A stretch of DNA of 63,837 nt, counting the filler, from Octopus bimaculoides (lineage: Eukaryota), in NCBI RefSeq assembly GCF_001194135.2. It is 6 parts of 4 records of this genome, joined end to end, with 100 filler letters (N's around TTAATTAATTAA, not from the genome) between each part and the next. Parts side by side here need not be neighbours in the genome. Positions count along the whole stretch, not along the records: positions 20,750 to 39,656 come from NC_068988.1; 5 more parts are not named here. One strand, given 5' to 3'. The position numbers and the translations under genes are program-made. Under the pieces are notes generated by a model, which was given only the letters and a program-made list of their open reading frames with translations, was not told the DNA's origin and ran no database searches. Of this stretch, positions 26,473 through 37,994 are shown piece by piece (the first letter of the stretch is position 1; each line of letters starts with the position of its first letter).

Positions 26473-26531
<59 letters not shown>

Positions 26532-26534
26532 TTC

Positions 26535-27065
26535 TCATGGTATCTGATCTTGATTGAATGGAAGTGTTATCATATACATTGTTTTGTCTTGGTATAAAAG
26601 ATGGGCTGTAGCAAATATTCTGTTCAATACCACAGATTTGCTTGTCAGTTGTTTGACCTTAACCAGCTGAGCATGTCCTTTGGTAGCTGACAATATGTGC
26701 ATCTCTGATCATGAGCAGAAGTAGTGGGGGGAGCATCATAACCATTTGTTATGAGGAATTCTTTGGAGTTTCAATAATTCACTTCTGGAAACATGGGCGT
26801 TTTGCTCAACATCCTTAAACAACCCTTATTCAAGGACCACTTGAGCAGGATGGTCTCCTCGATCTGAAGAAACTTTTAATTGGACCCCACCTCCAAGACC
26901 ATGCGCTTGTTTATGTTGATATAGGATCACCATGTCATGCACATATGGTTGTGATGTATACGCTTGGTGTACACTTATTAGACGTGTAGTCATGATGGGT
27001 GTACTGGGCTTCGCATACTCTAACCCAATGTCACTTTGATGGCATTCATTGCTCTCTCACTCAAT
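26535..27065 (-). repeat. Probable interspersed repeat, unclassified
   Basis: GC-richer block bounded by simple repeats, resembling a repeat I recall from octopus DNA. No second copy in this window, so unverified. Confidence 0.35.
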
Positions 27066-27094
27066 AATAGTAATTACAATGATGGTGATGATGA

Positions 27095-27395
27095 TGATGG
27101 GACTTTCCCGTCGCAGACGACGTATGATTGTTCAGCTTTTGCCAAATGACCTGCACAAATGATTTGTTTATAGAGATCAAATGTATGTGCTGTACATTAG
27201 CTCACTCTTTCCATCAAATCGACGTTGCCTGAGCAGGTGCATGGTGTACCATGCACCAGGTGTCAAAGTGACCACAGAGCAATGTGAGATGAAGTGTTTT
27301 GCTCAAGAAAACAACGCACCACCTGGTCTAGGAACTGAAACCACGAACTTGCGATCGTGAGTACAACACCCTAACCACTAGGTCATGTGTCCTCA
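27095..27395 (-). mobile_element. tRNA-headed SINE
   Basis: Minus strand: gtgaggacacatgacctagtggttagggtgttgtactcacgatcgcaagttcgtggtttcagttcc...ttcttgagcaaaacacttcatctcacattgctc. Confidence 0.75.
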
Positions 27396-27414
27396 CATAA
27401 TGACAATAATAATG

Positions 27415-27615
27415 ATTTCAAATTATTTGGCACAAGGCCAGCATTTTCGGGGAGGGGGAAGTCGATTGCATCAGCCCCAGTACTCAACAAGTACTTGCTT
27501 TATCGACCCCGAAAGGATGAAAAGCAAAGTCGACCTCGGGGAATTTGGACTCAGAACCTGAAAACGGACGAAATACCGCTAAGCGTTTCGCCCGGTGTGC
27601 TAACGATTCTGCCTG
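27415..27615 (-). mobile_element. SINE family A
   Basis: ggcagaatcgttagcacaccgggcgaaacgcttagcggtatttcgtccg on the minus strand. Confidence 0.88.
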
Positions 27616-28815
27616 GCTACAAGGACCCAAGACATAGAGGACAATATCAAAGGACGATTTACAATACACATAAACAAAATCAGAAACAAAAACAAAGCAG
27701 GTGGGATTTACATCGACCAAAGGGAGACACTACCACGTTAAAGGATGTTGTTGTTGTTGGCACTCCGTCGCTTACGACGTCGAAGGTTCTAGTTGATCCG
27801 ATCAACGGAACAGCCTGCTCGTGAAATTAACGTGCAAGTGGCTGAGCACTCCACAGACACGTGTACCCTTAACATAGTTCTCGGGGATATTCAGCGTGAC
27901 ACAGTGTGACACAGTGTGACACAGTGTGACAAGGCTGGCCCTTTGAATTACAGACACAACAGAAACAGGAAGTAAGAGCGAGAGAAAGTTGTGGTGAAAG
28001 AGTACAGCAGGGTTCGCCACCATCCCATGCCGGAGCCTTGTGGAGCTTTAGGTGTTTTCGCTCAATAAACACTCACAACGCCCGGTCTGGGAATTGAAAC
28101 CGCGAGTCCGCTGCCCTAACCACTGGGTCATTGCGCCTCCACATTAAAGGATATAACAAAGGATATATAAGTAGAAACTATGGAAATTATAAATAAATAA
28201 ATTAATTAATAGGATCCCTAATAGCGGAGCAGTCCACTTAGGGTAATTCGGTGTAAATCCCACGCAAAAATCCCGGATTATTCTGCCATACCCAAGGTAT
28301 AGGAAAGTACCGTCTTCCAGTTTCTTTCCTCCTACTAAGAAAAATATACCACGCATACTCAGAGCCGATCCATTGAGTCTCACCAGTCTTGTCACTCTCG
28401 TTCATCTTTTGAGAAACATACTAGAATGCATCAACCCGCTCTTTATCCTCAAGAAATTGATAAGAGCTTGGTTAGATTGGAAAGTGCCGGTCTTCAAACC
28501 TTTCAGACATGTCCACCACACAGTCTCTTTTGTCACAGCCACTAAGCAGAGGAAGATATGCTTTCCTTTTTTGCTAAAAGGTGGTGCGTCGATCTTCACT
28601 ATACACTCGGCAGACAGCTGAATTTGTCTCACACGCGACAGCAGCTGCACCACACAAGCCCATCACTCTCTAATGCACGGACGCTGAATGACTGCATGCA
28701 GGACAGTTTCGCTGCATGCATCTCGGGCAGGTTCGGCTATTGGCACCTCCATCCCTGAAAAACTTGTCTCGAACAGGCAATGCCACCCCGCACCCTTGTA
28801 GCACTGTCATGCTAA
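27615..28815 (-). mobile_element. L1/Tx1-clade LINE 3' end (ORF2 zinc knuckle + 3'UTR), interrupted by a SINE
   Basis: ALPVRDKFFRDGGANSRTCPRCM / ETVLHAVIQRP..W (CCHC knuckle, one frameshift); FLCLVAVTKETVWW; FLKR*TRVTRLV. The T-rich 3'UTR continues on both sides of the inserted SINE. Confidence 0.8.
27747..28143 (-). mobile_element. SINE family C with TSD, inserted in the Tx1 3'UTR
   Basis: TSD ttaaaggat at 27738-27746 and 28144-28152; internal tgacacagtg triplicated. Confidence 0.92.
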
Positions 28816-28824
28816 GACAAAAAT

Positions 28825-29035
28825 GGCTTCTAATATAGGCACAAGCCCAGCCATTTTAAGGCAACCAGAAGTCGATACTAAATTCCGCAGTCTTCACTAG
28901 TACTTTATTTTACCTCTCCTGAGACAATGAAAAGCAAAGTTGACTATGGTGACTTTTGAACTCAGAGCGTAAAGAGCCGGACCAAAACTGAAAAACATTT
29001 TATCCGAGGCTTGAACGAGTCTGTTAGCGTTCGGT
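28825..29035 (-). mobile_element. Diverged SINE family A
   Basis: ctgagttcaaaagtcaccatagtcaactttgcttttcattg body on the minus strand. Confidence 0.7.
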
Positions 29036-29114
29036 GCCTTCAGCAATAATTACGATTATGTTTCTATCATTGACACAAAGCAAGCAATTTTGAGGTCATG
29101 CATATAAACACACA

Positions 29115-29187
<73 letters not shown>

Positions 29188-29339
29188 ACACACACACATA
29201 CACACACACACATACACACAGAGTGCGGTGAATATATTGTCGTCTTAATTACGCAAAAATGAAAATAACATTGACGTCTCATTTTAACAGATATATTTCC
29301 CAAAATTATACAAAAATATCTCGAAATACTAAGGAGTAA

Positions 29340-29835
29340 ATTTATCCAATAAAATCGCCATTGGCTTCAACCACGGCCTCCAGACAACTTCGGAATCTCC
29401 TGCAACTCTTCTGGACGGTCTCCTTGTTTAAGTTGGTGAATGCTTCCATAATCCTTGTCTCCAGTTCATTTTTGGTGTTACAAGGAATTTTGTTGGTCTC
29501 TCGTTCAATTGCGCCCTACACATAATAATCAAGGGGATTGCGGTCTGGGGAGTTAGGTGGCCAAATGTTAGGGGTGATGTGGCCGCAGAAATTGTCTGAA
29601 AGCCATGACCTGCTTATGTGGCATGGTGCAGAGTCTTGTTGCCAGATATAGGGTCTTCCAGCAGCGACCCTCTTGACACAGGGCAGTACTACCTCCTCCA
29701 GGCACTTGAGGTAGGCCTCCGTATTGTGTCAGAGGCCTTGTGGGAAGATGAATAGAGGCATAACGTCGCCATCACTAGTGATCACTCCAAACACCATGAT
29801 GCTGACTGGATGTTTGATTTCTATCACTCTCGGTA
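29340..29835 (-). mobile_element. Tc1/mariner maT (DD37D) transposase fragment
   Basis: HPVSIMVFGVITSDGDVMPLFIFPQGL*HNTEAYLKCLEEVVLPCVKRVAAGRPYIWQQDSAPCH...WPPNSPDRNPLDYYV*GAIERETNKIPCNTKNEL...CRRFRSCLEAVVEANGDF. Confidence 0.92.
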
Positions 29836-31990
29836 CATGTCCTCAGATTGCACTGTCCTCAGATTGACACCCAAACACTCTGAAATGTTCGTATCAGAGC
29901 TTCCGGCGCGAATGCCAAGCTGAAGAGCATGTCGTTTCTTAATTTCTGGCAGAATGAATTGCGTCATGGTGCCATTTTTCTCACAGACGGTGTCCATCTA
30001 CTATACTGTGTAGTCAACAAAATTAAAAACAAACAATATATATATATGCAGGGTGCGATAGGTAAATTGTCGCCATTTTATATTTTTTAATTTTGAGCAT
30101 GCGCATTGTTTGTTTCTATGTATGTATGTATGTATGTATGTATGTATATGATCGTGCACTAATTAATTGCCAAATTTCAATGATAATGCTATTTACGCTA
30201 TCTTTTAGATAGCATGTTCACACACACACACACACACACACACACATCTATGTGTATGTATGTGTGTATGTATACATATATGTACTAGATATACTTACAC
30301 GCACACACATATATGTTTGTCTATCTTTATATTTCCAGTTTCACTAAGCTTTGCATACGCCAACAATTTTAGTTTTTGGTATTTCCAGTTAAGAATGACA
30401 GTTGTCTGTGCACTATGAACGACGGATTCAGTGTCAACCACTGGGCCAATGCGCTTCCACATATATAGTATAGGACAATCACTAAGTTGTCATTATATAT
30501 ACATATATATATAAGACTGGATTCTTATATATATATATATATATATATNNNNNNNNNNNNNNNNNNNNNNNNNNNNNNNNNNNNNNNNNNNNNNNNNNNN
30601 NNNNNNNNNNNNNNNNNNNNNNNNNNNNNNNNNNNNNNNNNNNNNNNNNNNNNNNNNNNNNNNNNNNNNNNNNNNNNNNNNNNNNNNNNNNNNNNNNNNN
30701 NNNNNNNTTCAGTTTCTGTCTACCAATACCAAATACACTCACAAGGTTTTGGTCGGCCTGAGGCTAAAGTAGAAAACACTTTCCCAAGATGCCATGCGGT
30801 GGTACTGAACCCGGAACCATATAGTTGAGAAGGAAGCTTCTTACCACACAGCCATGCCTGCGCCTATCTAAAGCATTCATAGTTTTCGTTTCTCTCCATT
30901 AAATGATGTAAGTGAAGCAAACAGACTACCTGCGGAATTAAAACGCGTTCAAAGGAAGAAGTATTAAGTTCAAACTCTAGTTGAGGTGATGCGATGTGGT
31001 TTTATTGATTACCTTGTTGGAAATCTCTTGTTTGACAGAAGAGACACTCCACTCACATGGGCCTACGAGTCACCTGCTAGAATTAGCTGCCTGTTCTCTC
31101 TCTAATCACTTCCTGCAGTCTTAGGAAAGTGGGTTACATAAGACAATGTTGTCCTAAGATGAACTATGACTGAAATTAAAGATGGGGTGGCCATAGCTAG
31201 AACGCCTTCGATCATAGGTCAGCACAGTCAGAGCTGACCTGGAACTTAACAAGTTCCCACATTACAACTTAAGATCTAGGAAAAGCATGAACATCACCAG
31301 AACTTCTACTTGCTATTTAAAAATATTTCGTTATTAAGGTCACCCTATTATGACTATTACGTCATCGACTAAGGTCATTGGGTTGACAGTCATTGAAGAA
31401 GCTGTGACGTCATTCACGAACTGATAACGTCATTGACTAGGTGACTGCGTCATTTGTTGTGCTATATTGTTTTCTATGTTATTGAGCCAGCTTAAGAGAG
31501 CGCCAGATCTTTTTAGGCTTCTATTATAATTCTTTTTAGACCAAGGACACTTTACAGGAATATTAAACCGACCCAGTTTTTGACTGATTCTATATTTGAT
31601 AGATCTCAGATTGATAAAAGTCGAAATTGACCACCATCTTAGTACACAAAAGGCCTATTGTTATGCGTTTATAAAGTTTTTTTAAATTGAAAAAAATTCC
31701 AGAAATTTGTTTGAGATATACATATTGAATTGGATCATATTCAGTATTCTGATTGGTACTTATTCGGACCAACACGGGTGTATCTACATGGTAGTTCTAA
31801 ACGCTAGAAATAGTAGTCGAACTTCGCTTATATTACACTCTGTCACAGAAAAGGGACACCAATGAGTACAAAAAAAAAAAAAAAAGCCGATGTGGTTACT
31901 GCTTTCCAGGACAAACTTCGGGGTTTTGAAAACCAATACGGAAAGACATATAATCTGATGATGACCCAGATTTATTAATTACGAGATATC

Positions 31991-32148
31991 AGGCGGCGAG
32001 TTGGCAGAATCGTGAGCTCGTCGGGCAAAATGTTTAGCGGCATTTCGTCCGTCTTTACGTTCTGAGTTCAAATGCCGCCCAGGTCGACTTTGCTTTTCAT
32101 CTTCGCAGGGCTTATAAAATAAGTATCAATTGAGCATGATGGTTTATG
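31991..32148 (+). mobile_element. SINE family A
   Basis: aggcggcgagttggcagaatcg...gagttcaaatgccgcccaggtcgactttgc. Confidence 0.88.
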
Positions 32149-33068
32149 TATTATGTCAATATCATATTTTGCATCGTAGCATGTATTATTATGTCATAAC
32201 GTGTGTGTTACATCATAGCTAATACGTTAGGTATACGTATGTCACACTATAGTCTGTACATTATGTTGTAGTGAATATCTTACGTCATAGTGTGTATCTT
32301 ACACTATAGAGTCACACCAAAGCCTATATCTTACGTATGTAGAGTACACCAAAGCTTATATCTTACGTAAATAGTAGGTATATTACATAATAATCTGTAT
32401 CTTACTATATATTCTGCTTCTCACCTTCTCATTGGTCTCATCATAAAAGATTAAATAATTTAGGAATTATTCATTGAAGTTTGTATTAGAGTAATTTAAA
32501 AACTAGAATTCATCTGTTAAGGTTAACCTTATATATACTTCTACTATTCATCAAAAGCTGGTTGTTGGGGTACCACCGTAAACGACCAGCCTTTGTTTAG
32601 TATATTTAAAGTATATCAAGTTGGAGAATCTTACCTTTTACTCCCGGGAAGAGTTAAAATCAGCGCAAACGAAATATTGGTTTATTACTTCTTTATAGCT
32701 CGATAGACTGGCTTATTTTATAGTTAAGGAGAATCTGTGAATATTTGTTAAGTTTAATCACTACGTGGAATGGAAAATCTAAGATTTCGGGATCTTTCCC
32801 TTTAGCAGGAAGTAGTTGTTACCTGGAAAACAACTTAGTCTTTTTTTTTAACCAAGTTATTTAAGTAATCGACCTTAAAAGAACGCTCCTTCTGAATTAT
32901 TGTTGCTGATAGAGACCTGCAGCAGTTTTCTCGGATTTTGTACGTTAACTTATACTAAAGTTAATTAAATTGGACACGGGCAAGCACAAATCACAACACA
33001 ATAGCAGGAGCAGGTTGCGAGAGCCAGACATCTTGCCTGATTGTCCAGTAACGTTTGATCAGGTCGTG

Positions 33069-33177
33069 GATATAGGAATAATCATTAGAGCGACAGATAC
33101 AGGAATAATCATTAGAGCGTCGGGTATAGGAATAGTCATTAGTGTGTCGGATACAGTAATAATCATTAAAGCGTCGG
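33069..33177. repeat. 27-bp minisatellite x4
   Basis: Units gatataggaataatcattagagcgaca / gatacaggaataatcattagagcgtcg / ggtataggaatagtcattagtgtgtcg / gatacagtaataatcattaaagcgtcg. Confidence 0.9.
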
Positions 33178-33661
33178 ATAAATGCCCGTGCCACTTATCT
33201 ACTGTCTCTTCAAATCTCATAAAAATCAATGTCTACCTTTCATCAACTTGAAATCGATAAAATAATGTATCCTTGATGTAAATTGAATTATAATAGAAAA
33301 CTAAGAAGATCCTGACGTTCTCTTAACCTGGTTTAGTGAAATCTAAACTGACCTGATCAAGACGTTTACAACGCAGACGACGACATAATTTAACAATTGA
33401 TGTCAAATTATGTCGTTGATGTTAAATTATGCCGTTGATGTTAAATCATCTAGTCGATGACGTTATTACTTTATCAAGAACATCTTAGACTAATCAAGGT
33501 CTCAATAACTTATCTAATTACAATCGAGTTAATGACCCTAATCGATGACGTAACAGCCTCAATTTTAGGGGTTTAAACGGAATCGTTTTATAGTACCATG
33601 ATGTTCTATGATGATCATACTTTTCTAAGTACTTAAGCAGTGTGTTGGAGTTCGTTGTTTA

Positions 33662-33881
33662 CGAGGAGGTGCTGAAAAGTTCTTGGCTTTATGGGTATCA
33701 CGAAAGGCCTGGCTGGAGGCCCAACCTCACGAATTCTCTTATAGGGCTTAGAAAAACCGAAAGACCGTAGCAATGTGTCTGAATCTGAGAGGGAAGTATG
33801 TTGAATAAAATCATAATTGATTGATCCGATCCTCCTGTATTTTCTTTTACCCAAAGCGAGGAACTTTTCGGCAGCCTCTCG
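33662..33881 (+). mobile_element. mariner-derived MITE (internal deletion derivative)
   Basis: TA flanks at 33660-61 and 33882-83; roughly 29-bp imperfect TIRs (cgaggaggtgctgaaaagttcttggcttt / aaagcgaggaacttttcggcagcctctcg); retains the C-terminus MCLNLRGKYVE*. Confidence 0.85.
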
Positions 33882-34519
33882 TAGCACCTAATGAGTCTCG
33901 ATCATGCAGACCTTTGAAAAAAGGCGTTCCAGTCGTGGTTTATCCCATTCTTATTTCGGACATGGTGTATCTAGAATTATATCATTTGTTGTGCCTGTTT
34001 TTTTTTTTAAGACAACAGAATGTGATTTGATTGAGAATATGTAGCTATGTGTTGGATAGCGTGGTCACACAGAGTGTCTGTCGTTGATACAGATGAGGGA
34101 AGTATTTCTTACAAACAACAAGAGAATCCTGTACAATGTTAGTGATAAAATTCACTGCGTTGAAAATATATTTTTCATTCCTAATTTATTTTTATTGCAC
34201 CACTCCTCCTCAGGCTCCAAGCTGATACCTCTTTCCTCCGAAGAGATACATTAGTGCAGTTTCAATTTCCTGGATAGAGCTTATTTTTTAAAATCATATT
34301 TAACACCTCCAAAGGAGATCCATGAGTACCACAATAGGAAAAGAAGATTACTCACCTACGTTAAGCACCAGACTAAACACAGCATAAAAGTTTTAATCGT
34401 TGGTACTTCGGCAACGAGTCAAGACGCAGAGGTAGCTGGGTGGTTAAGAAATTCGTTCCGCGATTACGTGGAAGCGGTTTCGATTCTGCTATGTACCACC
34501 ATGGGCTCGACGTTCCACT

Positions 34520-34724
34520 GCTGAAGGCCATTTGAACGTTTTCAAAGAAGAAACACTTGGTCGTGTTTATGTTGTCACACCAAAGGCAGGAGAACTGTAT
34601 TATCTAAGAGTTTTATTGCAGGAAGTTCGAAATAGTACTCTTTCCTTTCCCACCGCGCGTCGTCACTTTCAACTTCATCACTCTTGGTGGTTGTGATCCA
34701 ATGGGTCACGGCGAGTTCATCTAG
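34520..34724 (+). mobile_element. Helitron fragment: RepHel piece joined to a 3' terminus
   Basis: ETLGRVYVVTPKAGELYYLRVLLQEV matches the Helitron GR.Y.V.P..GE.YYLR.LL motif; hairpin gtgatcc-aat-gggtcac (34693-34709), 11 nt, then CTAG|T (34721-34725). Confidence 0.8.
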
Positions 34725-35402
34725 TATATATNNNNNNNNNNNNNNNNNNNNNNNNNNNNNNNNNNNNNNNNNNNNNNNNNNNNNNNNNNNNNNNNNNNNN
34801 NNNNNNNNNNNNNNNNNNNNNNNNNNNNNNNNNNNNNNNNNNNNNNNNNNNNNNNNNNNNNNNNNNNNNNNNNNNNNNNNNNNNNNNNNNNNNNNNNNNN
34901 NNNNNNNNNNNNNNNNNNNNNNNNNNNNNNNNNNNNNNNNNNNNNNNNNNNNNNNNNNNNNNNNNNNNNNNNNNNNNNNNNNNNNNNNNNNNNNNNNNNN
35001 NNNNNNNNNNNNNNNNNNNNNNNNNNNNNNNNNNNNNNNNNNNNNNNNNNNNNNNNNNNNNNNNNNNNNNNNNNNNNNNNNNNNNNNNNNNNNNNNNNNN
35101 NNNNNNNNNNNNNNNNNNNNNNNNNNNNNNNNNNNNNNNNNNNNNNNNNNNNNNNNNNNNNNNNNNNNNNNNNNNNNNNNNNNNNNNNNNNNNNNNNNNN
35201 NNNNNNNNNNNNNNNNNNNNNNNNNNNNNNNNNNNNNNNNNNNNNNNNNNNNNNNNNNNNNNNNNNNNNNNNNNNNNNNNNNNNNNNNNNNNNNNNNNNT
35301 GGTTAGAGCGTCGAGCTTACGATCGTGAGGTTGTGAGTTCGAATCCCGGACCGGTCTACGTGTTGTGTTCTTGAGCAAGAGATAAAAAGTGTACGTATTC
35401 TG

Positions 35403-35438
<36 letters not shown>

Positions 35439-36698
35439 GGAACAAGGGAGCTTTCTATCTTCAGTCGAGTTCTAGATCGTTGTTGCAGCTTCGGCCGGTT
35501 GCACTCCAGACTGCTCCAATCTGGTCGGCTCCAAAAAAATCTATGCTAAGAGCACTAGATCCTTTGGAGGAAAGCAAGCGAATGCGCACGAAAACAAGGA
35601 CGAAAAAACGGAGAAATTGTACAAAATTACAAATACAAACAACAGGTGTCTTTCGACTAAGGACGAATTGAATTAAGCTGGCCTATGTGAAAGTGAAGCC
35701 TTGCGACAGGGACATAAGAGATGAAAGTCATGGGAAGGGGTATAAAAGATGCTATGACTATATGTGTATGTGTGTATGCGTGTGTGTACGTATCTCTCCG
35801 TGTCTGAATATATGTATATGTCTCTATGAACCGAGGTCGTTTATATTGGGCATCTTTACCTCCCGTAAACTAGCAGTTCGACAAATAGTAGTTATTCATG
35901 TGCGGAGCGCTAATTTTTTTGTCTCTTATGGGGATTAATATGCCTTTATAGACGACTATTTTCTATAGCGAATACACAGTGAGTGAAGGCTTATAATTCT
36001 ATTTACAATTTCCTATTATGTCTTCGTTCAGACCACTGTCACTTTTCAGTCGCTAGATTTCATTTTGTTAAATTCGTTTGACTTACGTATCATCATACAC
36101 TATCAACTTACACAATATACTGACTCATCCCGACGGGCGTGTTTTGGTAGTAATAAAAGAAGTTTGGGTAGTGAGTTACCGTGCACTATAAAGGTTAATT
36201 AAGATTAGAAAAAAAAAATGACCAGGTTCTAGTAAAAGACGGGGTGGTAGGGGAATGTTGTAGTGTGTAGAAGAGTTGTTGGAACGATAGGTAGATCTAA
36301 ATACCCGAATGCGTGTATTTAGGTGTATCGTAACGATGAAGTATCGGTTTTAAATCGAAAGATGTAGAAAGCTTGTTGATGTTGTTTTAGATGTCGTTAT
36401 ATAGACCTAGGTCTACCCTGAGTAAGCAGATTTGTGATCAAATGTTTAGCAACTGTGGTGTATCTCAGTCTACATTAGTCAAGAAAGGTCTACGGAGTTA
36501 AGCTTTCACTTTGTTTTAAAGGTGGGTTTTTTTTTCTTACTCTTTTTCTTGTTTCAGTCATTACATTGCAACCATGCGGAAAAGTCTGGTACTTATTCTG
36601 TTGAATACTTTTGCCGATCCGCTAAGTTACGAGGACAACAGCAAGTGAACACCTATTGTCAAGAGGAGGGGGCAATTTCAAATACACACACACACACG

Positions 36699-36764
<66 letters not shown>

Positions 36765-36787
36765 CACTCTCTCTTATCCATACGTAA

Positions 36788-36881
<94 letters not shown>

Positions 36882-37204
36882 AAGGCACGTGGCTTAACGG
36901 TTAGGATACTCGGCTCACGATCGTAAGAGCGCGAGTTCAATTCCCGGTGACGCGTTGTATCCTTGAGCAAGACACTTTATTTCACGTTGTTCCAGTTCAT
37001 GCAACTGGCAAAAACGAGTAGCACCTGTATTTCAAAGGTCCAGCCTTGCCACACTCAGTGTCATATTGAATCTCCCTGAGAACTATATTAAGGGTACACA
37101 TGTCTGTGGAGTGCTCAGCTATTTGCACGATAATTTCGCAAGCAAGCTGTTCCGTTAATCGGATCAACTGGAACCCTCGTCGTCGTAACCGACGGAGTGG
37201 CAAT
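36882..37204 (+). mobile_element. SINE family C-related copy (partial head also at 35300-35381)
   Basis: aaggcacgtggcttaacggttagg head, gagttcaattcccgg B box, ccttgagcaagacact; 3' gttccgttaatcggatcaactggaaccctcgtcgtcgtaaccgacggagtg. Confidence 0.88.
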
Positions 37205-37747
37205 CATAAGACACATTTCCGTCTATCGGCATTGATCGGTTTGCCCAAGACGTCTCACTGAATTACTGAATTTGAAACCACGTAGTTGTGGTGGTGCGAA
37301 CTATTAAATCTCACGGCATGATGTTGGGTGTGATTTAAAGAAATTAGTCTGATATTTTAAGCTGGTCGGGCGAGAGGTTTGCCTCATTAGCACGAGAGGG
37401 TAAACAGAGATGATCGCTAAAGAGACACAGAGACAGAGAGTGTTGATGTGTCAATGAGATATGCTAGAGCACGGTGAGGAAACTTATTTTCGGTACACGG
37501 GGCCGAGTAGTAAGTACACAAGTAACCTGTGCGTTTGTGGGTGCATCCGTGCTGAGAAAAATAATGAATATTTAATTTTACAAAGTCATAGCTACGAAAC
37601 TTGGTTTACTGTCTTCGTCTTGAGAGGTAGTTCAGGCGGTACATAGGAGATATGCCGTCAGAGCCAGTGGGGAGCCCGCAAATATCTTTTTAAAGGCTTC
37701 TCCTTAAAAATGAAAAAGAACCTCACACCTCTGTTTAAGTTTTAGAG

Positions 37748-37994
37748 CAGTGGTTCTCAACCAGAGTCCTATGAACCCTGGGAGTCTATATAAAATTTAG
37801 TTGTTAAAATTTATGTGCAATAAATTGGTTGTGCTTTTTCAATGCATAAAATATTTTGACAATTTGTTTTTAGACAGTTCCTAATAATATAAAAATATAA
37901 TAGGATTTTTTTAAACATCGAATGGTTATGAGGGTCTATCTGAGTAAAAGGGAACCAAAGAGGTCCATAGGTAAAAGATGGTTGAGAACCACTG
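37748..37994. mobile_element. hAT-type MITE
   Basis: Perfect 15-bp TIRs cagtggttctcaacc / ggttgagaaccactg; 8-bp TSD ttttagag (37740-47) vs ttttggag (37995-38002). Confidence 0.92.

Noticed and set aside
28150-28800. Alternative minus frame with only TAA/TAG stops, suggesting a Gln-recoded (ciliate-like) code
   Set aside because: A different frame gives clear L1/Tx1 ORF2 motifs, so the pattern was a frame artefact. This also lowers my trust in similar readings at 32520, 36060 and 39000.
33069-33177. Regularly spaced repeats as a CRISPR-like array (also the 115-bp array at 47930)
   Set aside because: The units are contiguous with no unique spacers, the context is eukaryotic, and there are no cas genes.
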